This document shows positions 1 through 20,069 of a stretch of DNA of 64,000 nucleotides, piece after piece. This DNA comes from the human T2T-CHM13v2.0 reference genome, Homo sapiens. Positions within the stretch are counted from its first letter, which is position 1, and each line of letters opens with the position of its first letter. The notes below the pieces were generated by a model. It was not told where the DNA came from, searched no databases, and saw nothing but the letters and a program-made list of their open reading frames with translations. The translations under genes and the position numbers were made by a program. The stretch lies in assembly GCF_009914755.1 (NCBI RefSeq), contig NC_060935.1; one strand, 5' to 3'.

Positions 1-1148
1 GGGCTTTCTCCCGTTCCCTTAACAGATTTAACAGATTTCATTTGTGCTCTTTCAATTGTATCATGCTGCTTAGATTAATGACTCATTTTAGCAATTTATA
101 TTAAAATTTTGTTTTAGGCATTAATTGTGGCAACTATATTTCCATGATTCATAGGTCAGCATGGTCGTTGCAGCTCATGGGTCTACCTGTGGTTACCTTG
201 GGGCTGCCCTTGAATGTGTGAGGGCCCACGCCTCACTTCATCCTTTATGAAACAATTCACTTGTTCACCTTAGCCAGTTTGTAAGAATTTGGCCAAATAT
301 GGTGCCAAGATAATAGAAAAAAAAATCAGAAAGTTTCAAAATTCCATTGTTAAAGATGGTCACACTGGTGACTACACTCCTTGATTTGCCTTGGTTCCAA
401 GAAGGGCTAAAAGGGAGGGATTATTTTTCAAGGAATACTATTTCCAACCATTCGGTTCTCCATGTTTCACCATATTGCTCAGGCTGGTCTGGAACTCCTG
501 GAAAAGAGCCCATGGAAATCTGTCATTAAGGCCAGCATCTGACATGGGTATATAAGGCCTCTCGACGTCTGATGCCACTGTTCTCTTCCCGACTCCTTAG
601 TTGCTTTAGTCAGCTAACCTCGTCATTATTTGCCAAATGTAAGTCTGTCTCAAAGTGTTAGTTAATACTTTACATTTATAAGGAAGGTCATGGGATTTGT
701 CAGACAGTTCTGTCTCTTGTTATGACCTTGGGCAAGTTATTTAACTTTACTGCTTCTGTTTCCTATCTGTAAAATGCAGATGATGCCCACCACATGGAAT
801 TGTAGAGACTATAGGGAATAATGTAAACAGGAATATTTTGTAAGGAATGAAGGATGATGCAAATAATAATATTGATATTGTTCTATAGTTAATAAATTTT
901 CATTTACACAATTTCATTTGATCTTCACAATATCACGAGATAATCCTGGCAGATGCAACAGATGAGGAAATGGAAGCCTCATGTCTGGTATATAATAGAG
1001 ACTTTAATGTCATACTGATGGCTTGAATGAATGACTGGAACCTAGGCTTTGTTTTTGTTTAGAGACAGGGTCTCACTTTGTCACCCAGGCTAGAGTGCAA
1101 TGGTGCAGTCATAGTTTACTAAATCCTTGAACTCCTGGGTTCAAGTGA

Positions 1149-1397
<249 letters not shown>

Positions 1398-1506
1398 TAA
1401 TAGAGACGGGGTTTCACCATGTTAGCCAGGATGGTCTCTATCTCCTGACCTCGTGATCCGGATCCGCCCACCTCAGCCTCCCAAAGTGTTGGGATTACAG
1501 GTGTGA

Positions 1507-1737
<231 letters not shown>

Positions 1738-2507
1738 TAGCTAGGATGGTCTCGATCTCCTGACCTCGTGATCTGCCCACCTTGGCCTCCCAAAGTGCTG
1801 GGATTACAGGCTTGAGCAACCGTGCCTGGCCGCTCAGCTAATTTTTTTATTTTTAGTAGAGATGGGGTCTTGCTTTGTAGCCCAGGCTAGTCTCGAACTC
1901 CTGGCTTCAAGCAGTCCTCCCACCTTGGCCTCCCAAAGTTCTGGGATTGCAGATATGAGCCACCACTCCTGGATGAAACCTAGATTATTAGTTGTACCCC
2001 TCCTAAGATCCCACTGCCTTTTCTGTTCTTTTTTTTTTTTTTTTTTTTTTTGAGACAGGGTCTCACTTTGTTGCCCAGGCTGTAGTGCAGTAGCACAATC
2101 TTGGTTCACTGCAGCCCCGATATCCCGGGCTCAGGTGATTCTCCCACCTCAGCCTCCTGAGTTGCTGGGACTACAGGCACCTGCCACCACGCCTGGCTAA
2201 TTTTTGTATTTTTTGTAGAGACAGGGTTTTGCCATTTTGCCCAGGCTGGTCTGGAACTCCTGGGCTCAAGCAATCTGCCGCCTGGGCCTCTCAAAGTGCT
2301 GGGATTACAGGCGTGTGCCACCATGCCTGGCCCGCTGCTTTTTCTTTTCTGAGTATTTTACATCTCCCTAATATGATAATATTCTTGATTTTCCTCATCT
2401 GTGAAATGCAGGATGAAAACCTTTCCTGGCTTTCCTATGTGTCAGACCTTTTCTTCTTTGTAACCCATACAGCCCATTATACTGATCTAACATAGGATAA
2501 TAAATAA

Positions 2508-2900
<393 letters not shown>

Positions 2901-4232
2901 TAGTGTATCTGGCCTAAAGTAGGTACCTGGTAAATGTCGAATGAATAAGTGAACAAACAAATGTTGATATTACCTGGTAAGTACATGGTAGAGCTGGGAC
3001 TAGAACTTCTAACTCTTAATTCAGTGCTCCTTCCTTGGGGCCCTAAGAAGTTTCTGGCTGCAGATAATCTCAAATTTTATTTTATTTTTGAGACACGGTC
3101 TCACTATGTTGCCCAGGCTGGTCTTTAACTTCTGAGCTCAAGTGATCCTCCCACTTCAGCCTCCTGGGTTGCTGGGATAACAGACATGCCCTTCTGTGCC
3201 TAACTTCATCTCAAATTTTAGATGAGTGAGAAGCCCAGCTTTGCTAGAATAAAACTGGATAGAGCCAGTACCTCTTTGGGTCAACAGAAGGAGTTCAGCA
3301 GGGTGGAACCAGATAAGGCATTCATGCTGATATTTATCAGATCAGTGTACTGATGATCATGATGGCAGGATGGTATCTAGGGAAGTTAGAATGCACCAAG
3401 GAAATGAGTATTGAATCACCTGCAGTTATTTTGCACAGAAAATGAATGGCTCTGGAGTGTCATGCTCAGGTCTAGATGCCACTCACTCTGAGATAACCAC
3501 TATTTTCTCAGGGAATACCTTACCCCTGAACCACAAGGGTATGGTTAGGGGAGACTCTGTGATCACTAATGGTGTGCCAAGTTATGTCTAATATGTCAGC
3601 CCAGAAGGAACATCCTTGGGAACTGATCTCAGAGATAAGATGTTTTCACATTTCAGCATTTGAAGGCTAAAGTGGAACAGAGTTCATATGAACAAAATGT
3701 CCTCCAAATACATTCAATAGACAGAATTAGGAGGACATTAAAAGACATGAACTAGTAGTACACACATTTTAGAGTACCTAGAAGGGCAGGAAGTCCAAAA
3801 GCTCAGAATAATCAAGAAGTTGGCTATTTCCTGGTCACCACTAGACCACAGGCCCTGGAGGAGCTTTTCTATTTTGTTAATGGTTTTATCTTCAGCACCT
3901 GTCACACCCTAAGGTACATATTGTTTCACAAATGAGGAACCAAACAATTACCACCACCATTATCATCATTGTTACCAGTTTGACCATTAATAATGCAACT
4001 TGTACTTGTTAGCCCTTTTCATGTGTTATCTAATTTAATCATGTCAACAAGTCTATGAAGTAAATATTTTTATAAACTCTTCAGAGATAAGGAAATGAGG
4101 TTTAGAGGGATTTACTAATTTGATCAGCAGATATTTATTGGGCACTTGCTGTGTGCCAGAGTGTATGCTAGATGCTGGGATGTAGCAGGTTCCTGTCTTC
4201 ATGGTGCTTATGTATTTATTTATTTATTTTGA

Positions 4233-4337
<105 letters not shown>

Positions 4338-4892
4338 TAAGTAGCTGGGATAACAGGCATGCACTACCATGCCCATCTAATTTTGTATTTTTAGTAGAGA
4401 TGGGGTTTCTCCATGTTGGTCAGGCTGGTCTTGAACTCCCGACCTCAGGTGATCCGCCCACCTTGGCCTCCCAAAGTGCTGGGATTAATAGGCGTGAGCC
4501 ACTGCACCTGGCCATGGTGCTTATTAACAGATGGACTAATTAAACTTATAACTACTTAACTGACTATGATAAATGCTGCAAATGAAAGATTCAGGGTGCT
4601 ATATGACTGTGTAACAGAAGGATCCAAGCAAGTCTGAGCAGTCACAAAAGTTTTCTTGAGGACGTTGCATGACTACTAAGATTTAAAGAGTAGGTAGGAT
4701 TTAGAGAAAATATATTCCAGATAAGGAGAAGAACATGTGTAAAGGTCCTGAAATGAGAACACACTTGGAGTTCCAGAGGAACTCCTAGAGGAAGTTGGGA
4801 GGGAGAGAAGCACTGGGGTGTAGATTACGGGAGAGTATGCAGAGAAATAGTATGGGAGTGAGAATTGAGGTAAGGGATTGGATTTATATTTA

Positions 4893-5154
<262 letters not shown>

Positions 5155-5332
5155 TGAAACCTTGTTTTGACAAAAAATACAAAAATTAGCCAGGTGTGGT
5201 GGCATGTTCCTTTAGTCCCAGCTACTCGGGAGGCTGAGGTGGGAGGATCAGTTGAGCCCGGGAGGCCAAGGCTGCAGCGAGCTCTGTGATCACCCTACAG
5301 CACTCCAGCCTGGGTAACAGAGTGAGACCCTG

Positions 5333-5376
<44 letters not shown>
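5333..5376. repeat. (TATC)11 microsatellite in an Alu tail
   Basis: Direct reading. Confidence 0.95.
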
Positions 5377-5378
<2 letters not shown>

Positions 5379-5542
5379 AACTATCTGTCTCTGAATAAAT
5401 AAATAAAATTAAATAAATCAAGGCCGGGCATGGTGGCTCACGCCTGTACTCCCAGCACTTTGGGAGGCTGAGGCAGCGGGATCTCCTGAGGTTGGGAATT
5501 TGAGACCAGCCTGACCAACATGGAGAAACCTCATCTCTACTA

Positions 5543-5731
<189 letters not shown>

Positions 5732-5811
5732 TCAGACAAACAAACAAACATTTTAGATGGTGACCACAAGATTGTAAAATTGGGTTAAGTTGTTCAAGAG
5801 AATCTAGTTAG

Positions 5812-6120
<309 letters not shown>

Positions 6121-6678
6121 TGACCTCAGCTCACTGAAACCTCCGCCTTCTGGGTTCAAGCAATTCTCCTGCCTCAGCCTCCCAAAGTAGCTGGGACTAC
6201 AGGCACCCACCACCACACCCAGCTAATTTTTTTGTATTTTTTTAGTAGAGACGGGGTCTCACCGTGTTGCCCAGGCTGGTTTTGAACTCCTGAGCTCAGC
6301 CAGTCCGCCCGCCTCGGCTTTCCAAAGTGCTAGGATTACAGGTGTGAGCCACTGCACCTGGCCTCATGCCCGGCTAATTTTTGTATTTTTAGTAGAGACA
6401 GGGTTTCACCATGTTGGCTAGGCTGGTCTCGAACACCTGGCCTTAGGTGATCCACCTGCCTCCGCCTCCCAAAGTGCTGGGATTACAGGCGTGAGCCTGG
6501 ACTTCATCTCTGATGAAGTCTGACTTCACCTGGACTTCATCTCTGAATTTTTTTTTTTTAAAGTATAACAGCAGGATCCAAGCAAGTCTGAGCAGTCATA
6601 AAAGTTTTCTTGTGACTCTTTTTTAATAATTAAAAAATATAATTCATTTATTATAATATTCACTCTTTTTTTTTTTGA

Positions 6679-6834
<156 letters not shown>

Positions 6835-7175
6835 TAGTAGAGATGGGGTTTCACTGTGTTAGCCAGGATGGTCTCGATCTCCTGACCTCGTGATCCACCC
6901 GCCTCAGCCTCCCAAAGTGCTGGGATTACAGGCTTGAGCCACTGCACCCGGCTTATTCACTTTTAAAGTAGATAATTTAATGGTTTTTAGTATATTCACA
7001 AAGTTGTACAACTGTTACCACTATTTAATTCCTGAACATTTTTACCATCCCAAAAGGAAACTCCTTACCCATAAGTAGTCACTCCCCATACTGTCATCTC
7101 CCAGCCCTTAGCACCCACTAATCATCTTTCCGTCCTATGATTTGTCTATTCTAGTCATTTCATATAAATGAAATC

Positions 7176-9025
7176 GTGGGCCATCTGGATTGGCCGCTGC
7201 CATCACTCTGGCTGCAGCAGGGAGGCGTGGCCAGAGCCAGTCAGAGCCAGGGACAAGTGGGAGCCCTGCCCCTTCCGAGTTGGGGCGGTGCCCAAGTCAT
7301 GGCTGTGGATCTAGGCCTCTTGCTCCACGGAGCAAGCAGGAGCTCCGCTCTTCCGAGTGCAGTTACGGCCGCCCAAACTGTGACTGCGGACCCAGGCATC
7401 TGTGTACTCTTGTGGGGCCCAGGAAGGCTGCCCCAGCCCTCGCAGGCTCAGAGGTGTCTGCTCCTGCTGCCTGGCTTCTCCCTGCTGTCGACACCAGCTC
7501 TGATCTTGGAGCAAAGCTGGGGCCAAGCCCAGGTACTGTCGCAGCCTGGCCAGGTGTACACACATTCGGGGCAGTGCTGACACGCCAGCCTCTTGCCTCC
7601 TTGGCCCCCTCTGGACTTTGGGCACCAACAGGCATAGGAGGGAAGCCAAAGCGGGGCTGAAGGCAGCTCAGCAGTGGCCTGCCCGTGCCCCTTGGCACCT
7701 ACAGGGCACTATGAATGGCAGTGAGAGGCAGACAGCTTCCTGGGCAGAAGGGGGCAGGTTCCCATTGAGACCCCACCTTCAGGCCAGGGAGTGCCTGAAG
7801 TCTGGGGCTAGGCTGCCAGTCCCGTGGACAGGAGTGGGAACTTAACGGTACCTTTTCCAGGCCTGCCCATGGCCACCCATGGACAAATCAACATGTACTT
7901 CCTTCCCTCTGAGGCTCATAAAAACTTTGGGTCTGGGTGTAGTGGCTCATGCCTGTAATCCCAGCACTTTGGGAGGCTAAGGCAGGCAGATCACCTGAGG
8001 TCAGGAGTTTGAGACCAACCTGGCCAACATGGTGAGACCCCATCTGTACTAAAAATACAAAAAAATTAGCCGAGCGTGGTGGTGGGCGCCTGTAATCCCA
8101 GCTACTTAGGAGGTCGAGGCAGGAGAATCCCTTGAACCCAGGAGACAGAGGTTGCAGTGAGATCACGCCATTGCACTCCAGCCTGGGTGAAAAGAGTGAG
8201 ACTGTCTCAAAAAAAAGCAAACAAACCAACCTTGGGCTCAGCCAGAGCTGAACAGACATCGGGACAACCGGCTGCAGAGAGGAGCTATCCACTCTAGAGA
8301 CTTCTCTGCTGAGAGCTGGGAAGACATTCAGACGACCTGCCTGCAGAGAGGAGCTGCCCACTCCAAGGTCCTCCTCTGAGCTATTCTGCCACTCAATAAA
8401 GCTCTTCTTTGTCTTGCTCACCCTCCGCTTGTCTGCATACTCCATTTGTTCTGGTTGCAGGACAAGAACTTGGGACCTGTTTAATGGCAGGGCTAAAAGA
8501 GCTGCAACAGAAACAGGGCTGAGATGTGCCCCTTTTTCACCAGGTTGTGGGTGAAGAGAAGGAAAGAAGAGCTGCAGCCCTTCAGGGAGCCCAGACCTGG
8601 GAGCTCCCTGAGCCAGGGCTGTGACTCCCTCCTTGGAGCCCTGTGGTTGCTGGCATCTCCAAGCTTCTGAGCGCCACGTGTTCCCCAGTGCCAGCTGTGA
8701 AAGCTGCTTGTGGTGCACCTGGTCCGGCCTCGCAGAGAGCCAGTGCCTGTGCCAGCACCTGCAGCTGCCCGCCCTGCTGCAGCAGCCGGCATGTCTGACT
8801 GTGCACATTGGCCAGACCCCATGCTCACTCACATACCCCTCACTGGCCTATGCCTGACTTGCCCTTGGCAGGCGTGGGACCCAGGCTGGTAGTGTGAGCG
8901 GAGGACAGCCTGCCAAGACAAGTGGGTGAAACAAGCCCAGTGGACCAGAGCAAAATTCGGGCAAAGATGCCACCAGCCACAGACTTTTCCGGCCAGAAAA
9001 ATGACACTCCAAAAATCCCGTAACA
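7176..9025 (+). mobile_element. MER52-type (ERV1) solo LTR interrupted by an Alu
   Basis: GC-rich block collinear with recalled MER52A. Ends ...aaaaatcccgtaaca; has TATA-like cataaaaa (~7917-7924) and AATAAA (8395-8400). Inserted within an old antisense L1MB 3' fragment. Confidence 0.82.
7931..8216 (+). mobile_element. AluS inserted in the MER52 LTR
   Basis: Complete dimeric Alu with A tail; the LTR resumes at ccttgggctcagcc. Confidence 0.92.
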
Positions 9026-9043
9026 ATATGTGAGGCCAGCTGA

Positions 9044-9478
<435 letters not shown>

Positions 9479-10139
9479 TGATCTGCTCGCCTCAGCCTCC
9501 CAAAGTGCTGGGATTACACATGTGAGCCACCTCGCCCGGCCAACAAAAACAATTTTTAAAAGAACTTGAGAAAACCTGGAGGCAATGATTATTGCCTTCA
9601 AATACATGAAGGGTTTGACTTCTTGTATGAAAAACAAGAACTGAACTTACTTTGTATGATGTCAGAGTGGGGAACTAGGCACAAACCGTAGAAGTTACAG
9701 GGAGATGGGTTTGGGCTTTCTATGTGGGAGAACATTCAGATAGTTAGCAGTGTCTGAAAATGTTTCAGTTTTGACCAGGGAGGTATTTAAGTAACAGATG
9801 GATCATTATAGACAGAGAGGCTAGTATTGGTTGCGTACGTGGGAAAGGTAATGGTGAGGCTGGATGTGGTGGCTCACACCTGTAATCCCAGCACTTTGGG
9901 AGGCTGAGGTGGGCGGATCACGAGGTCAGGAGTTGGAGACCAGCCTGGCCAACATAGTGAAATCACGTCTCTACTAAAAATACAAAAAATTATCCGGGTT
10001 TGGTGACAGGCACCTGTAATCCCAGCTACTCAGGAAGCTGAGGCCGGAGAATCGCTTGAACCTGAGAGGCGGAGGTTGTAGTGAGCTGAGATCGCACCAT
10101 TGCACTCTAGCCCTAGCAACAGTGCAAGACTCCCTCTCA

Positions 10140-10643
<504 letters not shown>

Positions 10644-10744
10644 CTAGAACATGACTTATTAGTTGTGTGCATTAGGCATGTTAATTCGCTTTTCTGAGCT
10701 TTGATTTCCTCACTATAAAATGCGGTAGAAATATCTACTTCACA

Positions 10745-10945
10745 GGCATGGAACATAGGCACTGGAGACTTGGAAGGGTGGGAAGGCAGGAGGGGGATGA
10801 GGGATGAGAAATTACTTAATGGGTACAATGTTCATCATTTGAGTAATGGTTACGCTAAAAACCCAGATTTCACCAATAAGCAATGTATCCATTTAACAAA
10901 ATGGCACTTGTACTCCCTAAATCTATATAAAAGAAAATACAAAGA
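10745..10945 (+). mobile_element. L1PB/L1MA 3' end fragment inserted in a MIR
   Basis: gagaaattacttaatgggtacaatg...cacttgtactccctaaatctata plus A-rich tail; MIR sequence on both sides. Confidence 0.72.
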
Positions 10946-11920
10946 ACTATGCCTCACAGAATGGTTGTGAGGATTAAAGGAGATGGTGTTTGGCATATAG
11001 CAGGTGCTCAGTAAATGGTAGGATTTTTGAATGGCTATTATCATTAGCTATGAACTTCATTAGTATAAATTGGTATCAGTTTTTTGAGAGGTAGTGTGGA
11101 AGAATAGAAGGGATGGACTTTGGATTCAGGCAGACCTGGGTTTGAATTTCTCTTACCAAACCTATAACTTTGGGCAATTTACATAAACTTTTTTTTCCTG
11201 TGTAAAATAGAGCCAGTTATCTCAATAATGCCCCATCAGAGAGGGTTGCTGTAACGATTAATTGAAATAATATGGGCCAGGCCTGGTGGCTCACTCCTGT
11301 AATCCCAGCATTTTGGGAGGCCAAGGCAGGAAGATTGCTTGAGGCCAGGAGTTCGAGACAGCATGGGCAATATAGTAAGATCCGGTCTCTTAAAAAAAAA
11401 AAATTAAAAAGACAAATAGTATGCGTAAAGTGCCTAGTAAATAGGACTCAATAAATGGTAGTAACAATGCTATTTTAAATAATATTTATTAATACACAAA
11501 TATATTCTGTTACTTTCATGAAACAGCTCTCAGTTGCTTGCATCAAAGACCCCTGACCCACTGCTCTCACCACCCACTCCAGACTCTGATGTCTTAAGCT
11601 ACTCACATGCTCTAGATTTTGCCCTGTGACTTCAGTTTTTTGGTAGTTGTGCAGTCCTTGCTTGGTTCCTGGCTCATGGGAGTATTTTTGTTACCCAGTG
11701 CAGCATCTGTGTCCTCATTCATTCATTCGCTGGCGTCACCATCCTCCTCTTCCACTTGCAGGGCCAGAGCTGCTCTTCATTTGCTGATGGGGAGGAGAGG
11801 GTAATTGTAGATACAGTCCCAAAATAGATTACTTTTGTCTGGATAAATAATGCCAAGCATTGCAGGGGAGAGGAAGCACATTTCCCAGAGCTGACCGGGA
11901 GAGTTCATACCATAATTTGA

Positions 11921-12274
<354 letters not shown>

Positions 12275-13454
12275 TAAGCCTGGCTTTTAGATAATTAAAA
12301 CCTTGGTTATTGTACAGACTCAGAAATCTGAACAATTAAAATGAGAAAGCAGTCTCATTTTGATCTTTTTTTCCCATCCAGTCCCTCTTCTATATGAAGT
12401 GACCCATTTAAAAATATATTCTGTTCACTCTCATTTCTATTGTTTGTCATGGTTAATAGATCCCGGCCCTGGAGAGACTTTAGAGTCCTCTGATCTAACT
12501 TCAAAGTACATAGCTAGTGGTTGGGGGAGCTGGCCTGACCTCTCCTGGGGCCCCAGTTTCCTACTCTGTCTTTTATGCTGACCAATATTAGGTTAAGTGT
12601 ATTGCACACATACTTTACAAAGTCTTTTAGTACCTGATTCAATTGTGCTTCTGGGATCATCTGCACATTTTGCCCTTCTGTCTATTCACATCCTTCCCAA
12701 TCTTCATGGTTTTACATCCTCTGGGAGACTTTTCTTAAGTTTTATCTTTCCGCCTCCTAATTTCCTAAGCACTAACATCTTCATTTATGTGAGAAAAGGT
12801 GTAGAATAGTGGGGAAATTATGGATTTTGGTGTCAGAGAAACCCAAGACCCTAGGCTAGCTTCAATAGTAGTTGTGTGACTTTGGGTAGGTTACTTAATC
12901 TGTTTCCTCAACTGTAAAGTGGTGATAATAATGCTTATCTTGTAAAGGTATTATGATTTAGACACATGGTAGGTGCTCAACAAAGTAGATGTCGGTGCTT
13001 AATATATGGTAGCAATGATTATCATTTATTCACTTCTTTCTAATCATTTATTCATCAGAACAAACCTTGATTGTCTACAATGTGCCTGAGAGGAAAGTGA
13101 CATGACCCTTGCTCTGAGGATCTCTTGGTTTAGCATAGGGGTTCTTGGGTGATGATAAGAGTTTTGGTGAATCTCCTGAAGTAGTAGGCAAACTCTTTAT
13201 ATATCCTTGCTTATATGCATTTGTCTAGGAAGAGGGTTCATGACTGAGCAGATCCTCAGCAACGTCTGTAACTCTGCAAAAGCTAAGGATTTCTCTTAGC
13301 CATCTCCCCCTGGATTTCCTGCCAGGTGTGCTTGTTGTTCGCACCACCTATTTTGACTTCATACAATGCCTGCAATATTGCTTAGCTGTTTAATACAAAT
13401 GTATGTCTGTGTCTCCAGCCATCCAGATGCCTGAAGGACAGAGATTGTGCATAC

Positions 13455-14785
<1,331 letters not shown>

Positions 14786-16174
14786 AGACTTTTCATACAT
14801 CCATGTTGAAAGAATTAAAATTGTTATCCATAGTGGGCAGGATTTTCTCTTTATGTTATGGGACCTTAAGAACAGACTTTTTTTTTGTTTCTTTCCCGTA
14901 AAACAAACAAACAAACAAAAGAACAGACGTTTGTTTGGAAGACTGAAGCAAGGGAATTGCTTGAGTCCAGGAGATTGAGGCTGCAGTTGCTATCATTATA
15001 TTTGTTTTTTTGTTCTTACCTCCATTGTGAAGTATCATTATCACTGTCATTTTTTAATTTTATTTTTATATTTTAATTTTTTTTTGAGACAGAGTCTTGC
15101 TCTGTTGCCCAGGCTAGACTGCAGTGGCGAGATCTCGGCTCACTGCAACCTCCGCCTCCTGGGTTCAAGGGATTCTCCTGCCTCAGCCTCCTGAGTAGCT
15201 GGGATTACATATGCCCGCCACCATGCCTGGTTAATTTTTGTATTTTTAGTAGAGACGTGGTTTCACAATCTTGGCCGGGCTGGTCTTGAACTCCTGACCT
15301 CGTGATCCACCTACCTTGGCCTCCCAAAGTGCTGGGATTATAGGCATGAGCCACCGTGCCCAGCCTATCACTGTTATTGAGAGAGACAGTGTACTATAAT
15401 AGAGGCATAGCTTTTGTAGTAAGTCAGTCCTCTTTTTTTTTTGAGACGGAATCTCATTTTATGGCCCAGGCTGGAGTGCAGTGGCGCAATCTCTGCTCAC
15501 TGCAACCTCCGCCTCCTGGGTTCAAGTGATTCTTCTGTCTCAGACTCCTGAGTAGCTGGGAGTACAGGCATGCACCACCATGCCCGGCTAATTTTTGTAA
15601 TTTTAGTAGAGACAATACCATGTTGGTCAGGTTGGTCTTGAACTCCTGACCTCGTGATCTGCCCGCCTCAGCCTCCCAAAGTGCTGGGATTACAGGCATG
15701 AGCCACCGCACCTGGCCATTAAGTCAGTCCTCTTAGCAGCTTATTAGGTATAATTTTTTGGAATATAACCTCTCTGGGTCTCAGTTGCTTTACTTACGAA
15801 ATTGTCTTGCAGTGTTTTCAGAATTAAAGAAGATTTAATAAAGCCCCTCTCATGATGCTGTGCATGGCAGATGCATACTAATTATTGATTGATATTAGAA
15901 AAAAATAGATTAAGTTGGAAATGGTAAACAGTGAAAAAGCAGTGTGGGAGGGGGACTTCTGTTTTTTGAGCATTTACTGTAGTGGGTGGAATGAGAATGA
16001 TGACCTTGGTTTGTTTGCATGCTTGGTGTTAATTGTAGGGTAGCTTCTTTGTTAGATAAGAGCCTTTTTGTCCTTTTCTGGTTTGTGTACTGTGGGTTTC
16101 TTGCCTCTCTGAGAAGACATACTTGGAGGTCTATAAATGCTTAAGATTGTCCTAACATGGCTGTTTTGCTGTAG

Positions 16175-16227
16175 GTGCTGTGCCTGAGGAACAATACCAT
16201 TTTTAAGCAAGCCTTTTCTCTCTTAAG
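16175..16227 (+). CDS. MRPL48: MRPL48 coding exon (exon 2), 53 nt, [17 protein letters not shown](R), part of the mitochondrial presequence
   Basis: ctgttttgctgtag|GTGCTG...TTAAG|gtaaga. The peptide matches the recalled mL48 N-terminus ([25 protein letters not shown]). Ends in phase 2, compatible with the next exon. Confidence 0.96.
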
Positions 16228-16339
16228 GTAAGAATATTAAAAACAATAATTAAATATAGGTAACATTTGCCTTTGGCTTCATAGTTCACACAGCATTTTT
16301 TCATCATATTTACTTGCATGTCTATAAGCACATCATGCA

Positions 16340-17832
<1,493 letters not shown>

Positions 17833-18041
17833 TTGACCTTCATAGTGACCTGGTAAAACAGATGATATTATCTCAATTTTATATAAATAACTGGGGTCCA
17901 GAGAGTTTAATCTGTTGTTTTAATATGATGGAGCTAATTTGGGTTGGAATTAGGATTCAAATCCAAGTTGTCTTTTTTTTTTTAAACTGTTCTGTGTATA
18001 GATTGCTCTCCATTGTTTTTCTTTTTTCTTTATTTTTTTGA

Positions 18042-18221
<180 letters not shown>

Positions 18222-18769
18222 TGACCTGGCTAGTTTCGAACTCCTGACCTCAAGTGATCCATGCTCCTCAGCCTCCCAAAGTGCTGGTATTACAGGCATG
18301 AGCCACCGTGCCCAGGCTCCCCATTGTTTTTCTCTAAGTGTGATGAAATACATTTGGTGGTTTATTTCTCTGTTCAGCAGCAAATATGCACCAAGTGTCT
18401 TTTGTGTGACAGCCACAGGATATAAAATAATGTATTGTACATCTTCCCGAACTACTCGGCACTCATGATCCTGGATGATTTCTTGAGTCCTTAACATTTA
18501 TTGAGGGCTTTCTCCCTTTATTTCCCTTCCATCTTCTTTTTTTTTTTCTTAATCCCAAATGTGATAGTATCCCGTTCCATCTTAATCTATTATCCCATCT
18601 TAATCAGTCAACTACTATTTGATAAGCACCTCCTATGGCACCATACTAGCTATTTTTCGTTATCTCTAATCTTCACAAAAAACACTACAAGGCAAATATA
18701 AATATCATTTTGCAAAAGAGGAAACTGACTCAGAGTTTAAGATACATTTTCAGTCCCATTAGATTGTAG

Positions 18770-18999
<230 letters not shown>

Positions 19000-19460
19000 T
19001 AGTCTCGAACTCTTGACCTCAGGTCATCTGCCTGCCTCGGCCTCCCAAAGTGCTGGGATTACAGGCGTGAGCCGCTGCGCCCGGCCACTTCTTCGTTTTT
19101 TAAAACTCACCTCAAAATAGTTTCACCTCCCTAGTAGGAGTGACCATACTTTCCTTTGTGTCCTATTTAATTTTGTATGTTTCTGTTCTGGATCAATACT
19201 ATATTGTGGCTCACATTCGTTTACCAGCACCTTTCCCAACTAGACCATGGATAGAGACATCTTACTTATATTTGCATTCTCAGGATGTGGCACTTTGGCA
19301 CACATCAGGTCCTTATTAAAGTTTGTGGAAGGAAGAAAGGAAAGAAGGAGTAAGGAAACAGCATTGATGCATCTTTAGTGATAGAATATAAATTTTGCAA
19401 ACTATGCAAATAAAATATGGGTTTCTAATTGTATTGAACATACTTTCTCCCTCCTTTTAG

Positions 19461-19498
19461 GTTTAGAACTTCAGGAGAGAAGCCCATCTATTCTGTAG
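19461..19498 (+). CDS. MRPL48: MRPL48 coding exon (exon 3), 38 nt, (R)FRTSGEKPIYSV(G)
   Basis: tttctccctccttttag|GTTTAGA...GTAG|gtaagc. Phase 2 in, phase 1 out; the frame is continuous with both flanking exons. Confidence 0.96.
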
Positions 19499-19750
19499 GT
19501 AAGCAGTTTTTACCTGATGTAGTTGGCCTGCTTTAAGTGACCCTTTAGCACTCTATAATAATTTTGCCTAGAAGGAAGCCTACCATATCTTTGAGAACAG
19601 TGGCCTGAACCAAACCCCACCCCTCCATGTGAGCATGGAATAGAACCATGGGTGAGAACATCAAGTAGTGGCTAAGAGCAAGAGCTCTACAGTAAGTTTG
19701 GATTCCAACTGTACTACATATTTATTTGATCTTTGGCTATTTCTCTGTAG

Positions 19751-20069
<319 letters not shown>

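Noticed and set aside
464-501. Isolated ~40-bp Alu-like fragment
   Set aside because: Too short; no TSD or tail to interpret.
7176-7900. GC-rich stretch resembling a CpG-island promoter
   Set aside because: It is LTR-derived and CpG-decayed; the MRPL48 first exon is not in this window.
7888-8832. 314-aa minus-strand ORF and the overlapping 110-156 aa ORFs at 7176-7698
   Set aside because: They lie wholly in the GC-rich MER52 LTR plus Alu; no domain-like sequence; stop-poor by composition.
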